Shown here: one piece after another, positions 40,102 to 49,462 of the stretch
How positions within the stretch are numbered: the first letter of the stretch is position 1
Layout: every line of letters starts with the position of its first letter
NCBI GenBank assembly: GCA_044344255.1
Contig: JBIJDH010000011.1
Coordinates: 179,491-243,490 of the forward strand
Direction: 5' to 3'
Length of the DNA stretch: 64,000 nucleotides
Source: Myxococcota bacterium
GTDB taxonomy: Bacteria; Myxococcota_A; UBA796; UBA2385
Notes under the pieces: model-generated
Seen by the model: only the letters and a program-made list of their open reading frames with translations
What the model was told of the DNA's origin: nothing
Database searches by the model: none
Made by a program: the position numbers and the translations under genes

Positions 40102-40827
40102 ATGTCTTTCCCGAGCGTGTCTCGCCCCCTCTCCCGCGCCGCGGAGAGTGAGCGGGTCGGCTACCTCAAGCGCGTGCTGCTGTGGACGGTCGGCGGGCTC
40201 ACCCTGTCCGGCGTCACGGGGGTGCTCTCTGCCGGGGGCCTCGCGCTGGCGGCCTCGTCGGGGATGACCTTCCTCTTCAACAAGTGGGTGTCGATGGGCC
40301 TCATCCTCGGCGCCTTCGCCGTGGCCCAGATGGTCGCCCCCAAGCTGGTCTTCGGAGAGCAGAAGCTGCTCGGCTTCGGCCTCGGCGCCGTGGCCCAGGG
40401 CTTCGCGATGGGCTTCCTCCTCCTCGCCGCGGCGGCGATGGGCGCCGCGACGGGCAGCCCCTTCGGCCTGATCGGCATGGCGATGGCGATGACCGTGCTC
40501 ACCGGCGTGGGCCTTACGAGCTACGTCTGGACGGGCCCAAAGGAATTTTCGATGCTCGGCGCGGCCCTCTCGGCCCTGTCCATCCCGATGCTCGTCCTGA
40601 TGGGCGTCGGCCTCGTCTTTCCCGCGCTGTTCGGCGGGACCTTCGGCCTCATCATCTCGCTCGTCTTCGTGGGCGTGAGCGTGGGCGGGCTGCTCTATCA
40701 GATCAATCAGGTGATGCACCGCCTGAACACAGACCAGCACATCGAGGGCGCCTACACGATCATGATGGGCATCCTGGTCCTGTTCTGGAACATCCTGTCG
40801 CTCTTGATGCGCATGAACCGTCGCTGA
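40102..40827 (+). CDS. Bax inhibitor-1/YccA family membrane protein
   Basis: About seven TM segments, YLKRV at the N-terminus, LFWNILSLL at the C-terminus. Confidence 0.75.
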   Translation: MSFPSVSRPLSRAAESERVGYLKRVLLWTVGGLTLSGVTGVLSAGGLALAASSGMTFLFNKWVSMGLILGAFAVAQMVAPKLVFGEQKLLGFGLGAVAQGFAMGFLLLAAAAMGAATGSPFGLIGMAMAMTVLTGVGLTSYVWTGPKEFSMLGAALSALSIPMLVLMGVGLVFPALFGGTFGLIISLVFVGVSVGGLLYQINQVMHRLNTDQHIEGAYTIMMGILVLFWNILSLLMRMNRR

Positions 40828-40834
40828 GCGCGCC

Positions 40835-41400
40835 TCAGTAGGGGCTGCGGGAGGGGTCGCCGAACCACCCCGTCAGCCCCAGGCGATAGACGAAGGCCCC
40901 GTGGCGCTCGACGAGCCCGTGCTCCCACCCCGCGGTCTTCCCGTGTCCACCCCACCACAGGGTGATGTGGTCGTCCCAGGGGTAGAGCATGCGAAGCTCC
41001 AAGGAGCCGCCGGGCGTCGGCCTCGCCCCCCGGCGGAGGGCCTCGGGCTGGGTCCAGAGGGCGAGGGCCGAGCCGAGCTGGACGGGCCCGACCGGCAGGC
41101 TGAGCAGCTCGGCGCGGACCCCGGGATAGACCCGATCATCGCTCAGGCCGAGGCTCAGGCGACCGAGCAGGGCCGGTGGGGTCCAGTCCCAGCGCCCCTC
41201 GGCGTCGGCGACCCAGCCATAGGGCGTGCGCCCGCTGTCGAAGCCGGTCACGGCGAAGCGCTCCCCCAGGCGCAGCCCATGGACGGTGAAGCTCAGCGGC
41301 TCGTCGTGGCGAAGGAGGTGGAGGGGGATGTGTCGATGAAGCAGGGTCTCCACCTCGGGATCGAGGCCGGAGAAGGCCAGCGCGGTCGGGCCGCGGCGTC
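40835..41400 (-). CDS. hypothetical beta-strand-rich protein, possibly a 3' remnant of an outer-membrane protein gene
   Basis: Only the distal part of ORF 40835..41767 looks protein-like (TPYGW, LALWTQPE, GHGKTAGW); no convincing start. Confidence 0.35.
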
Positions 41401-41903
41401 GACCGAAGGGGGTGCCCCAGCCACGAGGGCGGGAGGTGGCCACCACCCGCTTGGCGCGCTTGGGGGGGATGGCGGCGGCGCGGATCCCCGTCGCCTTGCC
41501 GGTGGTCTGGTTAAATGTAAGGACCTTACTTCGTTTTCGCGGTGTACCGACCGCGGAGGTGCAGGCCCAGGCGGGGTGGAGGCCCCAGGGGTCGCCGCTC
41601 GGCCGCTCCAGCTGGGAACGGACGGCGGGCTCTGTGGGGGAGGCGACCACCGCGGCCAGGGAGGGGAACGACACGCACCAGGTGAGGGAGATCCATCCGC
41701 AGAGCGGCAGATACGGCCGGGACCGCGCTGCGCGCTCCGTCAATTCGCCCGCTGGGATCGGCTCCACATCTCGGGGTGGCTCGTCCGGGGCTCATGCTGG
41801 GGTCCGTTGGCGCTTACGCGGGCCTCCGGATGTAGCCGTGCGATTCCACTTGGGTATCCCGCGAAATCCAATCCAGCGACGCTGCTTTACGGGGATTCAG
41901 ACC

Positions 41904-42899
41904 CTACCGATCCGGTTCGCGAACCGGCGCCTGCCCCGCCGACCGCCGCTCCCGGCTGCGCAGGTAGTCCGGCCAGAGGGCCTCGCAGAGGCGGGTCAGC
42001 GCAGCGTCTACGGCCTGTGTGGCGGCCCAGACGCCGTCGGGGAGGGTCTCTTCGAGGAGTCGGTTGGTCTCCAGCGCCTTGGCGGCGAGGGCCTCGGGGC
42101 TGGGAGGGTCGTCGAGGGAGCCCACGCGGGTCTTGCCGAGGAGCTCCGACAGGGAGCCCGACAGGCCCACATTGGAGGGGTGGATGCTGCGATCGGCGTC
42201 GACGACGAGGCCGGTGTTGAAGAAGGGGGTGGGCGCGACGGTGAAGAGGTTGCGGAGGTAGAGGCGCTGCCCGTTCTCCCAGGCCTGTCGGATCTCGCTC
42301 TCGATCCCCTGGAAGCCCTCCCGCAGCGCCAGGAGCTGCTCGGGCTTCCAGGGGATGTAGTAGCCGGGGAGCAGGTTGAAACGCCAGAAGCCGAGGCTCC
42401 GCAGGTGGCGGAAGTTCTCGAGGGCCCGCGCGGCGGTGGAGGGGGCGAAGGTCTGGGTGATGACCACCCGCGGGGTCCGCAGCAGGGCCTCTCGCAAGCC
42501 GAGCACGTGGTCGTAGGTGTCGGGCACCCCGGGGAGCGCGCGGCGGAGCCGGCGGTGGTCCTCGGGGGCGCCGTCCATGGACAGGGTCAGGATGCCCTTC
42601 GGATAGGCGCGCAGGTAGTCGAGCCACTCGGCGTCGAGGCCGAGGCCGTTCGTCGACAGATACACACTCCGGACGCGGGGCTCCTCCCGCGCGGCCTCCA
42701 TCGCGGCCCGGACCACGCCGGGGACGAGCAGGGGCTCGCCGCCGAAGAGCTTGAGGTCACCGCCGCCGTATCGCTCGGCGAAGAGGCGCACCGCGCGTCG
42801 GGCGTCGTCCTCGGAGAGCGAGGGCCAGCCGTCCTTGGCGGTGGGGCAATAGGCGCAGCGGAGGTTGCAGGCCCGCGTGACCGTGAGGATGAGGCTCAT
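41904..42899 (-). CDS. radical SAM protein, last gene of the His-Xaa-Ser cluster
   Basis: CNLRCAYC, FGGEP, LSTNG, LSMDG; no C-terminal Cys-rich SPASM motif. Confidence 0.88.
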   Translation of the reverse strand: MSLILTVTRACNLRCAYCPTAKDGWPSLSEDDARRAVRLFAERYGGGDLKLFGGEPLLVPGVVRAAMEAAREEPRVRSVYLSTNGLGLDAEWLDYLRAYPKGILTLSMDGAPEDHRRLRRALPGVPDTYDHVLGLREALLRTPRVVITQTFAPSTAARALENFRHLRSLGFWRFNLLPGYYIPWKPEQLLALREGFQGIESEIRQAWENGQRLYLRNLFTVAPTPFFNTGLVVDADRSIHPSNVGLSGSLSELLGKTRVGSLDDPPSPEALAAKALETNRLLEETLPDGVWAATQAVDAALTRLCEALWPDYLRSRERRSAGQAPVREPDR

Positions 42900-42940
42900 G
42901 GGGCCCGCTCAGGGCGGCGGCGCCGGGCCCGGCCGAGCCC

Positions 42941-43303
42941 TCACCACTGGCCGTGAGAGCCGTGGGAGCCGTGGGAGCCGTGGCTGCCGTGCGACCCATG
43001 GGACCCATGCGAGCCGTGGCTACCGTGGCTGCCGTGCGACCCATGGCTGCCGTGGGAGCCGTGGGAGCCGTGGGAGCCGTGGGAGCCGTGGCTGCCGTGC
43101 GAGCAGTGGGTGACGTAGACCAGCCCCGCGTTGTCGGGGTCGGCGAGCAGCTCGTCGGCCTTGATCGCCGCCTCGTCGGCGCGGATCACCGGGTTGACCT
43201 GCTGGAGCTCCTGGAGCTGCAGGAAGTCTACCGGTCGCCGCTCCAGCTTGGGGAGTTCGGCGGCGGAGTCAGCTTGAAACTTACCATTCTGCAGGGTGGC
43301 CAT
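42941..43303 (-). CDS. hxsA: His-Xaa-Ser repeat precursor protein (HxsA-like)
   Basis: About 65-aa leader, then HCS(HGS)16HGQW; AGGAG RBS; adjacent to HxsB. Confidence 0.9.
   Translation of the reverse strand: MATLQNGKFQADSAAELPKLERRPVDFLQLQELQQVNPVIRADEAAIKADELLADPDNAGLVYVTHCSHGSHGSHGSHGSHGSHGSHGSHGSHGSHGSHGSHGSHGSHGSHGSHGSHGQW
42950..43102 (-). repeat. 17 x 9-bp Ser-His-Gly coding repeat
   Basis: Units ncc(g/a)tg(gga/cga/aga/gct) with synonymous variation only. Confidence 0.95.
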
Positions 43304-43311
43304 GTGCTCTC

Positions 43312-44859
43312 CTAGACCGTCGCGGCGTCGCCCGCGGTGACGAGGTCACCGGGCGCGGGCATACGGGGACGGTCTACCGTCCAGCGTCGGAAGATGGTCT
43401 CGGCAAGGGGATCGTTCAACAGCCGCTCAAAGAGGATGTGGAGGATGCCCAGGTGCTGTTGGTGCTTGAGGGTGAGCGGGCGTTGTCCGAAGAGGTCGCC
43501 GCTCAGCATATAGTTGTGGTCGGGACGGACGCCGCACCAGGGGGCGGCGAAGCAGCTCTCACACTGGGGCAGCGCGTCGAGGAAGCTCGAGGCTGCGAGG
43601 GCTCGCACCGTGGGGTGGCGGGTGGCCTCCTCGAAGCTGGTCTGGTCGACGTGGCCGATGAGGAAGAAGGGGTCCCCCATCGCGTGGACCATTCTGCCCT
43701 CGTCAGAGGGGAGGATCGCGCCATCGTAATTGTAGCAGATCTGCCCGGTCCCGGCCCCGAGGGGGGAGCGGATGTCGACGAAGTTGGGGTCGTCGGGCGT
43801 GAGCAGCTTCTTCAGGAAGGTCGCCGCGGTGCCCTCCATGATCTGGACGCCCTTCTTGTTCAGCTCGATGATGTAGTCGAGGATGTCCCGGTAATAGTCC
43901 AGGAACTCCTCCATCGAGTAGCCGATGGTCTTCCAGGTCTTGGTGGCGAAGCCGAAGGGGTTGAGCGGCCGGATGTGGATGTTACGGAGGCCGAGCTCCA
44001 CGTAGAGATCGACGATCTCCCGCCCCTTCCCGAGCGAGGCGCGGGTGGTGGTGGTGAGCGCGTCTACATGCCAGAGCTCGGGGTCGCGGCCCATGTCCAC
44101 GTAGCGCTGGTTGATCTTCTTCATCCAGCCGATGACGGTGTCGAAGGCGGCGCCCTTCTGGCCGGTCCAGGGCCGGTTTGTGTCATGGAGCTCGCGGGGG
44201 CCGTCGAGGCTCGTGCAGAGCAGGACGCCGTTCTTCACCAGCCAGTCCGCCGTCTCGTCGGTCATGTACGTCATGTTCGTGACGACGGAGTGGTCCAGCG
44301 TCTTCCGCTCGTAGCGGTTCTTCTCGCGGCTGTACTCGACGCAGAACTTGATGACGTCGAGGTTCACGGTGGGCTCGCCGCCCTGGTACTCGAAGCAGAG
44401 GTAGGGCGAGGGCGTGCGCATCGCGTGGTCCACCACCTTCTTCGCCGTCTCCAGGGACATGTCGGTGTCGACACGGTCCATGTCGGTGCGGGAGGCGTGG
44501 CAGTAGCGGCAGCTCTGGTTGCAGCGCAGCGTGGAGATGACCACCGCGAGGTGGGGGCCCTGGCCGAGGTACCGGCGCTTGCGGCGCACCTTTCGGGCGA
44601 GCTCCTCGAGGTCGAGGTCTGCGCGGAGGAAGGACTTGGCGCGGAGGGCCTCGTAGTCGGCGTGGCCGGGCTCGATCTTCCCGCCGAGGAGGTCCGTGAA
44701 GCCCTCGTCGGAGAGGGCGTGCCACTCGCCCGCGTCATTGGAGAGCACCACCCGCCCGGCGACGCGGCCCCAGCGGAAGAAGCCGAGCTTGCTGGCGTCG
44801 AGGGCTTGGGGCTGCAGGCGGAGGGTGCCGCTCCGCTTCTCCTGAGCGGGCCCGCTCAT
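43312..44859 (-). CDS. hxsB: His-Xaa-Ser system radical SAM maturase HxsB
   Basis: N-terminal VVLSNDAGEW RRE-like region, TLRCNQSCRYCHAS, EYQGGEP, TSLDGP, RPLNPFGFA, DIRSP.GAG...YNYDG...SDEGRM, CESC.....C. Confidence 0.88.
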   Translation of the reverse strand: MSGPAQEKRSGTLRLQPQALDASKLGFFRWGRVAGRVVLSNDAGEWHALSDEGFTDLLGGKIEPGHADYEALRAKSFLRADLDLEELARKVRRKRRYLGQGPHLAVVISTLRCNQSCRYCHASRTDMDRVDTDMSLETAKKVVDHAMRTPSPYLCFEYQGGEPTVNLDVIKFCVEYSREKNRYERKTLDHSVVTNMTYMTDETADWLVKNGVLLCTSLDGPRELHDTNRPWTGQKGAAFDTVIGWMKKINQRYVDMGRDPELWHVDALTTTTRASLGKGREIVDLYVELGLRNIHIRPLNPFGFATKTWKTIGYSMEEFLDYYRDILDYIIELNKKGVQIMEGTAATFLKKLLTPDDPNFVDIRSPLGAGTGQICYNYDGAILPSDEGRMVHAMGDPFFLIGHVDQTSFEEATRHPTVRALAASSFLDALPQCESCFAAPWCGVRPDHNYMLSGDLFGQRPLTLKHQQHLGILHILFERLLNDPLAETIFRRWTVDRPRMPAPGDLVTAGDAATV

Positions 44860-45074
44860 GGGCTCACCCGGGAGAGGCGCACGGTCTCGAAGAGCACGTG
44901 GTTCGAGAAGTGATCGGGCAGCGAGCCCAGGCGCCCTTCGGCGATCGTCACCCGCAGGCTGTGGTCGGTGGGCTCGACGGTGAAGGACGCCAGCGCGGAG
45001 TACGCGGCCACCGCGGCGCGCACGGCCTCCTCCCGGTAGAGGGAGCGCGAGAACTCCAAGACCTCAGCCCCCAT
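44856..45074 (-). CDS. small HxsD-like protein
   Basis: FSRSLYREEAVRAAVAAY...DHFSNHVL resembles the HxsD pattern; ATGA overlap with hxsB. Confidence 0.7.
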   Translation of the reverse strand: MGAEVLEFSRSLYREEAVRAAVAAYSALASFTVEPTDHSLRVTIAEGRLGSLPDHFSNHVLFETVRLSRVSP

Positions 45075-45558
45075 TCTTGTCGTCGCTCCCGCTCGTGTCT
45101 GGGGTGGCGTCTGGGGTGGCGCTGGGGGTGGTGACGCCGGTCTGCGCGGCGCTCTGCCACGGGACCTCGATGTCGAGCTTGTCCTCGGCCAGCTCCTCGG
45201 CGTCGAGCTCGGCCAGGAGGGCGTCGATGCTCGAGCTCTGGGGCGTCGAGAAGAAGGCCCGCGCCATCACATACTCGCGGATCTTCCCCGTCCGCTCGGA
45301 GACCCGGGTGCGGAGGAGCTGATTGAGCAGCTCGTTGCCAAACTCCCCGGCCAGATCTTCGAGGGCCTCGGGGGTGGAGGGCCCCTTGGGACGGATGCGC
45401 ACGGAGACCTGACGGTCCGCGGGGCGGCTGAGGAAGAGGAAGCAGCGGTCGACGAACAGATAGGCCGCGCCATAGACCGCGTCTCGCGGATAGACCTCCT
45501 CGTCTACGAGCAGGTTGATCTCGCGGCCGTCGGTCTCCCAGTGGAGATCTGTGCTCAC
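45064..45558 (-). CDS. hxsD: His-Xaa-Ser system protein HxsD
   Basis: VDEEVYPRDAVYGAAYLFVDR, EFGNELLNQLLR...TGKIREYVMARAF, terminal IEVPW. Confidence 0.85.
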   Translation of the reverse strand: MSTDLHWETDGREINLLVDEEVYPRDAVYGAAYLFVDRCFLFLSRPADRQVSVRIRPKGPSTPEALEDLAGEFGNELLNQLLRTRVSERTGKIREYVMARAFFSTPQSSSIDALLAELDAEELAEDKLDIEVPWQSAAQTGVTTPSATPDATPDTSGSDDKNGG

Positions 45559-46100
45559 GTCAAGGTCTCCGCGCCGTAGAGCGCCACCCGCTGGCCGTGG
45601 GGCAGCAGGCGGCCGAGGTCCTTGAGCTCGGCGTTGGACTCGAGCTCATTCTTGCGCACGCGGTCGGCGAGGCCGAGCAGAACACGCCCGAGCCGCTCGT
45701 CGGTGGGCTTCTCACCCTGTCCGCCGTCCATGAGCACGAGGTCAAAGAGCTCGCTGTGCGCCAGCCCCCTGGCCTTCCCCTCTCGGGCGCAGATGTGGAC
45801 GCGGGCCACGCGGACCCCCTCGGTGTCGCCGCCGTCCCGGTGCAGCTCAAGCACCACGGCCCCCCGCTCGACCGGGGACAGGCTGCCCATGCGCCAGCCG
45901 AGGCCGAGCGAGCTGCCGGGGCGGACGGGCGAGAAGAGCCACCAGGGCGGGGTGGGATCGCTCCCTCCCTCGGCCAGGGCCTTGAGCGCGCTGCTGCGGG
46001 CGGTGGCGGCGGCGGCGGCCGGAGCGCTGGCTCCGAGGAGGGCCGCCGCGGCGCCGAAGCCGAGGCCCATGTTCTTCAGGAGTTCACGGCGGGAGCTCAT
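45555..46100 (-). CDS. Tat-signal hypothetical protein
   Basis: MSSRRELLK twin-arginine signal; DLVLMDGGQGEKPTDE; overlaps both neighbours. Confidence 0.75.
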   Translation of the reverse strand: MSSRRELLKNMGLGFGAAAALLGASAPAAAAATARSSALKALAEGGSDPTPPWWLFSPVRPGSSLGLGWRMGSLSPVERGAVVLELHRDGGDTEGVRVARVHICAREGKARGLAHSELFDLVLMDGGQGEKPTDERLGRVLLGLADRVRKNELESNAELKDLGRLLPHGQRVALYGAETLT

Positions 46101-48253
46101 CACCACACCCCGTTGGTGATTTCGAGGTCGTAGGCCTGACACGAGGTCACCGCGCTGCTCAGCCGGACCACGCGGATGTAGTAAGTCGAGCTCATGTCCT
46201 CGCACTCATTGCGGGTGGAAGACCCGTAGCCGCAGGAGCGGGTGTCAGAGGGGGCGGCGTGGACCGACTCGCCCTTGTCTTGTACGTAGTCGTTGTACTC
46301 CGAGTAGCCGCCCGTGGTGGCCGGGCACTCGACGTCGACCGAGTCGTAGCCGTCCTTGTAGACGTAGACCGCGTAGGCCGTCCCGCCGTCGTACATGGTC
46401 ACGGCGAAGTTGTAGTAGTTGATGCCGAGCGAACGATCGCTGGCGACGTCGTCGGAGGTGGAGACGACGTACCAGTCTTCGCTGTCCCCATCGAGGATGT
46501 TGCCCTCGATGGTGATGGTGCTGGTGCCCGAGTCGTTGAGCGTCGACCAGGCGTTGATCGCCGCGGCGCCGGCGTCGCCGGTGCCGGAGCTGTCCTCGTA
46601 GATGTCGTAGGGGTCACAGACCTCGGTGGTCACCGTGTTGGAGACGGGCGAGGTGTTGCCGGCGGAGTCGGTACACTCGGCGTAGCAGGAGGTGGTGTTC
46701 CCCCGCGTCAGCGTGTCGCTGTAGCTGAAGGTGTTGTCGCCGTCGCAGACATCGGTGCCGACCCAGGAGGTGGAGTCGTCGGCGCAATAGACGGTGAGGT
46801 CGCAGCCCGCCTCGCAGGTGCCGGAGAGGGTCCAGGAGGTCTCGTTGCGGTAGCTGGTGGGCGTGTTGATGATCGGCGCGTCGGGGGCCGAGACGTCGTA
46901 GACGGAGGTGGTGGCCGAGGCGCTGGTGCCGTCGTCTTCACCGTCGTTCGGGGTCACCACACACTGCCAGGTGTCGCCGTCGCCCAATTTGTCGGAGGTC
47001 ACGACGCTCGAGGTCTCCGTGGTGAGCGCCCCGTTCTTGTACCAGGTGTAGATGTAGGTGATGGGGTCACCATCGGCGTCGTAGGCCGGGTTGGTGACCG
47101 CGCAGTAGAGATTGTCGGTGGGCTCGGGGGCGGAGGGCTGCAGCTCGACCGTGGGGGCGTCGGGCGGCGTGTTCTCGATCTCGATCGTCGAGGAGCGGAC
47201 CGGGTCACCGTCGCCGTAGTCGTTGTAGGGCGTGACCTCGACCTGGATGAGGTCGTGCTTGACGGTCTTGCCGGAGGGGTAGGTCTCGGTGGCCTCGGCG
47301 AAGTCTTCGGCCATGGTGCTGCCGTCGAACTTGAACCAGCGGAAGCGATACTTCTCGGGGGCGTCGTCGAGGTCTTCCCAGCCCTGGGGATCGGCGACGA
47401 GCTCGTCGTCGGTGTAGGCGGGGGAGGGGTCGATGCCCACCAGCTCCACGCTCGGGGGGCCGTGCTCGTAGATGATGACGGTCGTGGTGGCCTGGTCGGT
47501 CTCGCCGGTGGCGTCCTCGACCCGGAACGTGAGGAGGTGCGTGCCGACGGTGAGGTAGCCGCCCGTCTCGTAGGCGCCCGACGAGGTGGGCGCGGCGCCG
47601 AGGCCGAGGTCTCCATCGATCGAGGAGGTGACGGTGACGACGAGGTCTTGGGGGTCCTCCTCGGCGTCGGAGACCGTGGCGGAGAAGATGATCAGCTCTT
47701 CGGCCGCGTAGTAGGAGTCTGCGACGGGGCTCACGATGTCGATCGTGGGCGCCGTGTTGGCCGAGATCGTGATGTCGGTGCTGGCCTTGGCGCGGTCCCC
47801 GCGGTCGTTGACGACCGTGACCTCGACCGTCCGCAGGCCGGCACCCTCGAAGGCGGCGGAGCAGTAGGTGTAGCCGCTCGCGTCGGTGGTCTCCTCTTCG
47901 CAGAGGACCTCGCTGCCGCTCACCCAGCGGCTGGTGATGCCGGTGGGGTCGGAGTCCCCGTAGGTCTCGACCAGCGCCTCGAAGTCGATGGCCTCACCCT
48001 CGAAGAAGGTGCTGCCCGATGAGGGGTTGGTGATGGTGACCGCAGGCGGCTGCTTCAGCACCGTGACCGTCTTGTCGGAGCAGGCCGCGACGAGGGGCAG
48101 GGCGAGCAGGAGCCAAGCGACCCGGGGAGTCGGGCCGGCCAACGAGGACTGCAACGAGGTCGGGAAGAGAGATGGGGGCATCGGCAAGCTCGACGTCCTG
48201 GGGGGCGACGTGGGGTCCGTCGTTCGGGTCGTGGGCGTTCGGGTCTGGATCAT
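46100..48253 (-). CDS. large surface lipoprotein with multiple Ig-like/PKD-type repeats
   Basis: Lipobox VAAC, NTAPTI, NTPP, DADGD, VTPND repeats, Cys-paired C-terminal domain; start 48253 or 48181. Confidence 0.75.
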   Translation of the reverse strand: MIQTRTPTTRTTDPTSPPRTSSLPMPPSLFPTSLQSSLAGPTPRVAWLLLALPLVAACSDKTVTVLKQPPAVTITNPSSGSTFFEGEAIDFEALVETYGDSDPTGITSRWVSGSEVLCEEETTDASGYTYCSAAFEGAGLRTVEVTVVNDRGDRAKASTDITISANTAPTIDIVSPVADSYYAAEELIIFSATVSDAEEDPQDLVVTVTSSIDGDLGLGAAPTSSGAYETGGYLTVGTHLLTFRVEDATGETDQATTTVIIYEHGPPSVELVGIDPSPAYTDDELVADPQGWEDLDDAPEKYRFRWFKFDGSTMAEDFAEATETYPSGKTVKHDLIQVEVTPYNDYGDGDPVRSSTIEIENTPPDAPTVELQPSAPEPTDNLYCAVTNPAYDADGDPITYIYTWYKNGALTTETSSVVTSDKLGDGDTWQCVVTPNDGEDDGTSASATTSVYDVSAPDAPIINTPTSYRNETSWTLSGTCEAGCDLTVYCADDSTSWVGTDVCDGDNTFSYSDTLTRGNTTSCYAECTDSAGNTSPVSNTVTTEVCDPYDIYEDSSGTGDAGAAAINAWSTLNDSGTSTITIEGNILDGDSEDWYVVSTSDDVASDRSLGINYYNFAVTMYDGGTAYAVYVYKDGYDSVDVECPATTGGYSEYNDYVQDKGESVHAAPSDTRSCGYGSSTRNECEDMSSTYYIRVVRLSSAVTSCQAYDLEITNGVW

Positions 48254-48413
48254 GCTGTTCCGCGCCTTGCCCTCCCGGGAGGGGAAGTCAAGGGGCAGTA
48301 TGCGGTCGAAGAGCGGCGCGGCGCAAGCGCCCCGCGCGACTTTTCCGAGAACCGCGCTGGCGTACCTTGTCCCCGTGGCTCTCCTGTGAGTACTCTCGCC
48401 GTTCGGAGGCGGA

Positions 48414-49370
48414 ATGATCCCTGTCATGCTGAGCGTGTTGCTCTCCCCACCGGCTGAGGCCGGCGATCTCGCGACCTTCGTGGGAGGAGCGGCCCATGTG
48501 AGCGCCGACGCCACGGCCGCAGGCGACACCCTGGGCGCGGAGGCGGAGGTTGACCTGCGGGCCGAGCAGGGCCCCCTCTACATCCGGGTCGATCTCGACT
48601 ATCAGAGCTCCCTGACTGACCCCGCGACCGACGGTGACACCGTGCTGGCCGAGGTCATGCCGGAGTGGGCGATGGTGAAGGCCACCATCGGGCCCGGCTA
48701 TGTCAAGGCGGGTGTGGTCACCGCCGGCATCGGCCTCGAAGACTGGGACCCCTGGAACAACTATCTGCCCACCTACTCCTTGTGGTTCGCGGGAGGCAGC
48801 CCCGGCCGGCTCATCGGCGGACAGGCGGGCCTGACGGTGGGCGACGGCGGAGACCTCTTCGCCTTCGGCGGCTACGACGTAGACTATGGCGCGGTCGCGG
48901 CGGGGGCCGGCATCAACGTCGAGCAGGACGCCTGGGGCACCTACTCCGGCCTCGCGGTCTACCCCTCCCTCGACTACGACGGCGACGGCACCGCCGGGGC
49001 CTTCCTGGAGGTGGTCTCGGCCACCGAGCTCTACCCGAGCGAGAAGCTGACGCTCACCCTCGATGGCGGCGTCGGACTGAACGAGGGCCACCTCGTGGGC
49101 GCGGCGCAGCTCCTCGGCGTGCTGCTGCCGGAGGGGATCGTGAGCCCGACGCTGCGGGTGGAGGGCCGCCTCGACCCCGACGCCTTCTCCGGCCTCCCCG
49201 CGGGCACCGCGAGCGCGGGGGCGAAGTCCACCCTCTTCGATCACCTCGTGCTGATGGGTGAAGCCAAGGAGACCTTCTTTGGCGATGGCGTCAACGACTT
49301 CGGCCTCTATGTCTCTGTCACGGGGCTCATCGCCCCGCCCGACGGCGACACCGCCCGCTTCGAAGACTGA
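48414..49370 (+). CDS. putative outer-membrane beta-barrel (porin-like) protein
   Basis: Signal peptide ending AEA, amphipathic beta-strands, IGLEDWDPWNNY loop; upstream of the ABC transporter. Confidence 0.55.
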   Translation: MIPVMLSVLLSPPAEAGDLATFVGGAAHVSADATAAGDTLGAEAEVDLRAEQGPLYIRVDLDYQSSLTDPATDGDTVLAEVMPEWAMVKATIGPGYVKAGVVTAGIGLEDWDPWNNYLPTYSLWFAGGSPGRLIGGQAGLTVGDGGDLFAFGGYDVDYGAVAAGAGINVEQDAWGTYSGLAVYPSLDYDGDGTAGAFLEVVSATELYPSEKLTLTLDGGVGLNEGHLVGAAQLLGVLLPEGIVSPTLRVEGRLDPDAFSGLPAGTASAGAKSTLFDHLVLMGEAKETFFGDGVNDFGLYVSVTGLIAPPDGDTARFED

Positions 49371-49462
49371 GCGCGCTTCGAAGACGGAGCTCGCCCCTCC
49401 GTGGGCTCCCCGCTTCTGTTCATGTTGGTCCTACCGCTGCTCCTTTGTTGTTTGGAGGCGAG

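Noticed and set aside
42950..43102. 9-bp repeat array as CRISPR or non-coding VNTR
   Set aside because: No spacers or cas genes; variation is purely synonymous within an ORF with an RBS
43500..43780. Loss of the first SPASM cysteines in HxsB as a novelty
   Set aside because: As I recall, many HxsB proteins also lack Cys at the SP.G and SDE positions; cannot be called unusual without an alignment
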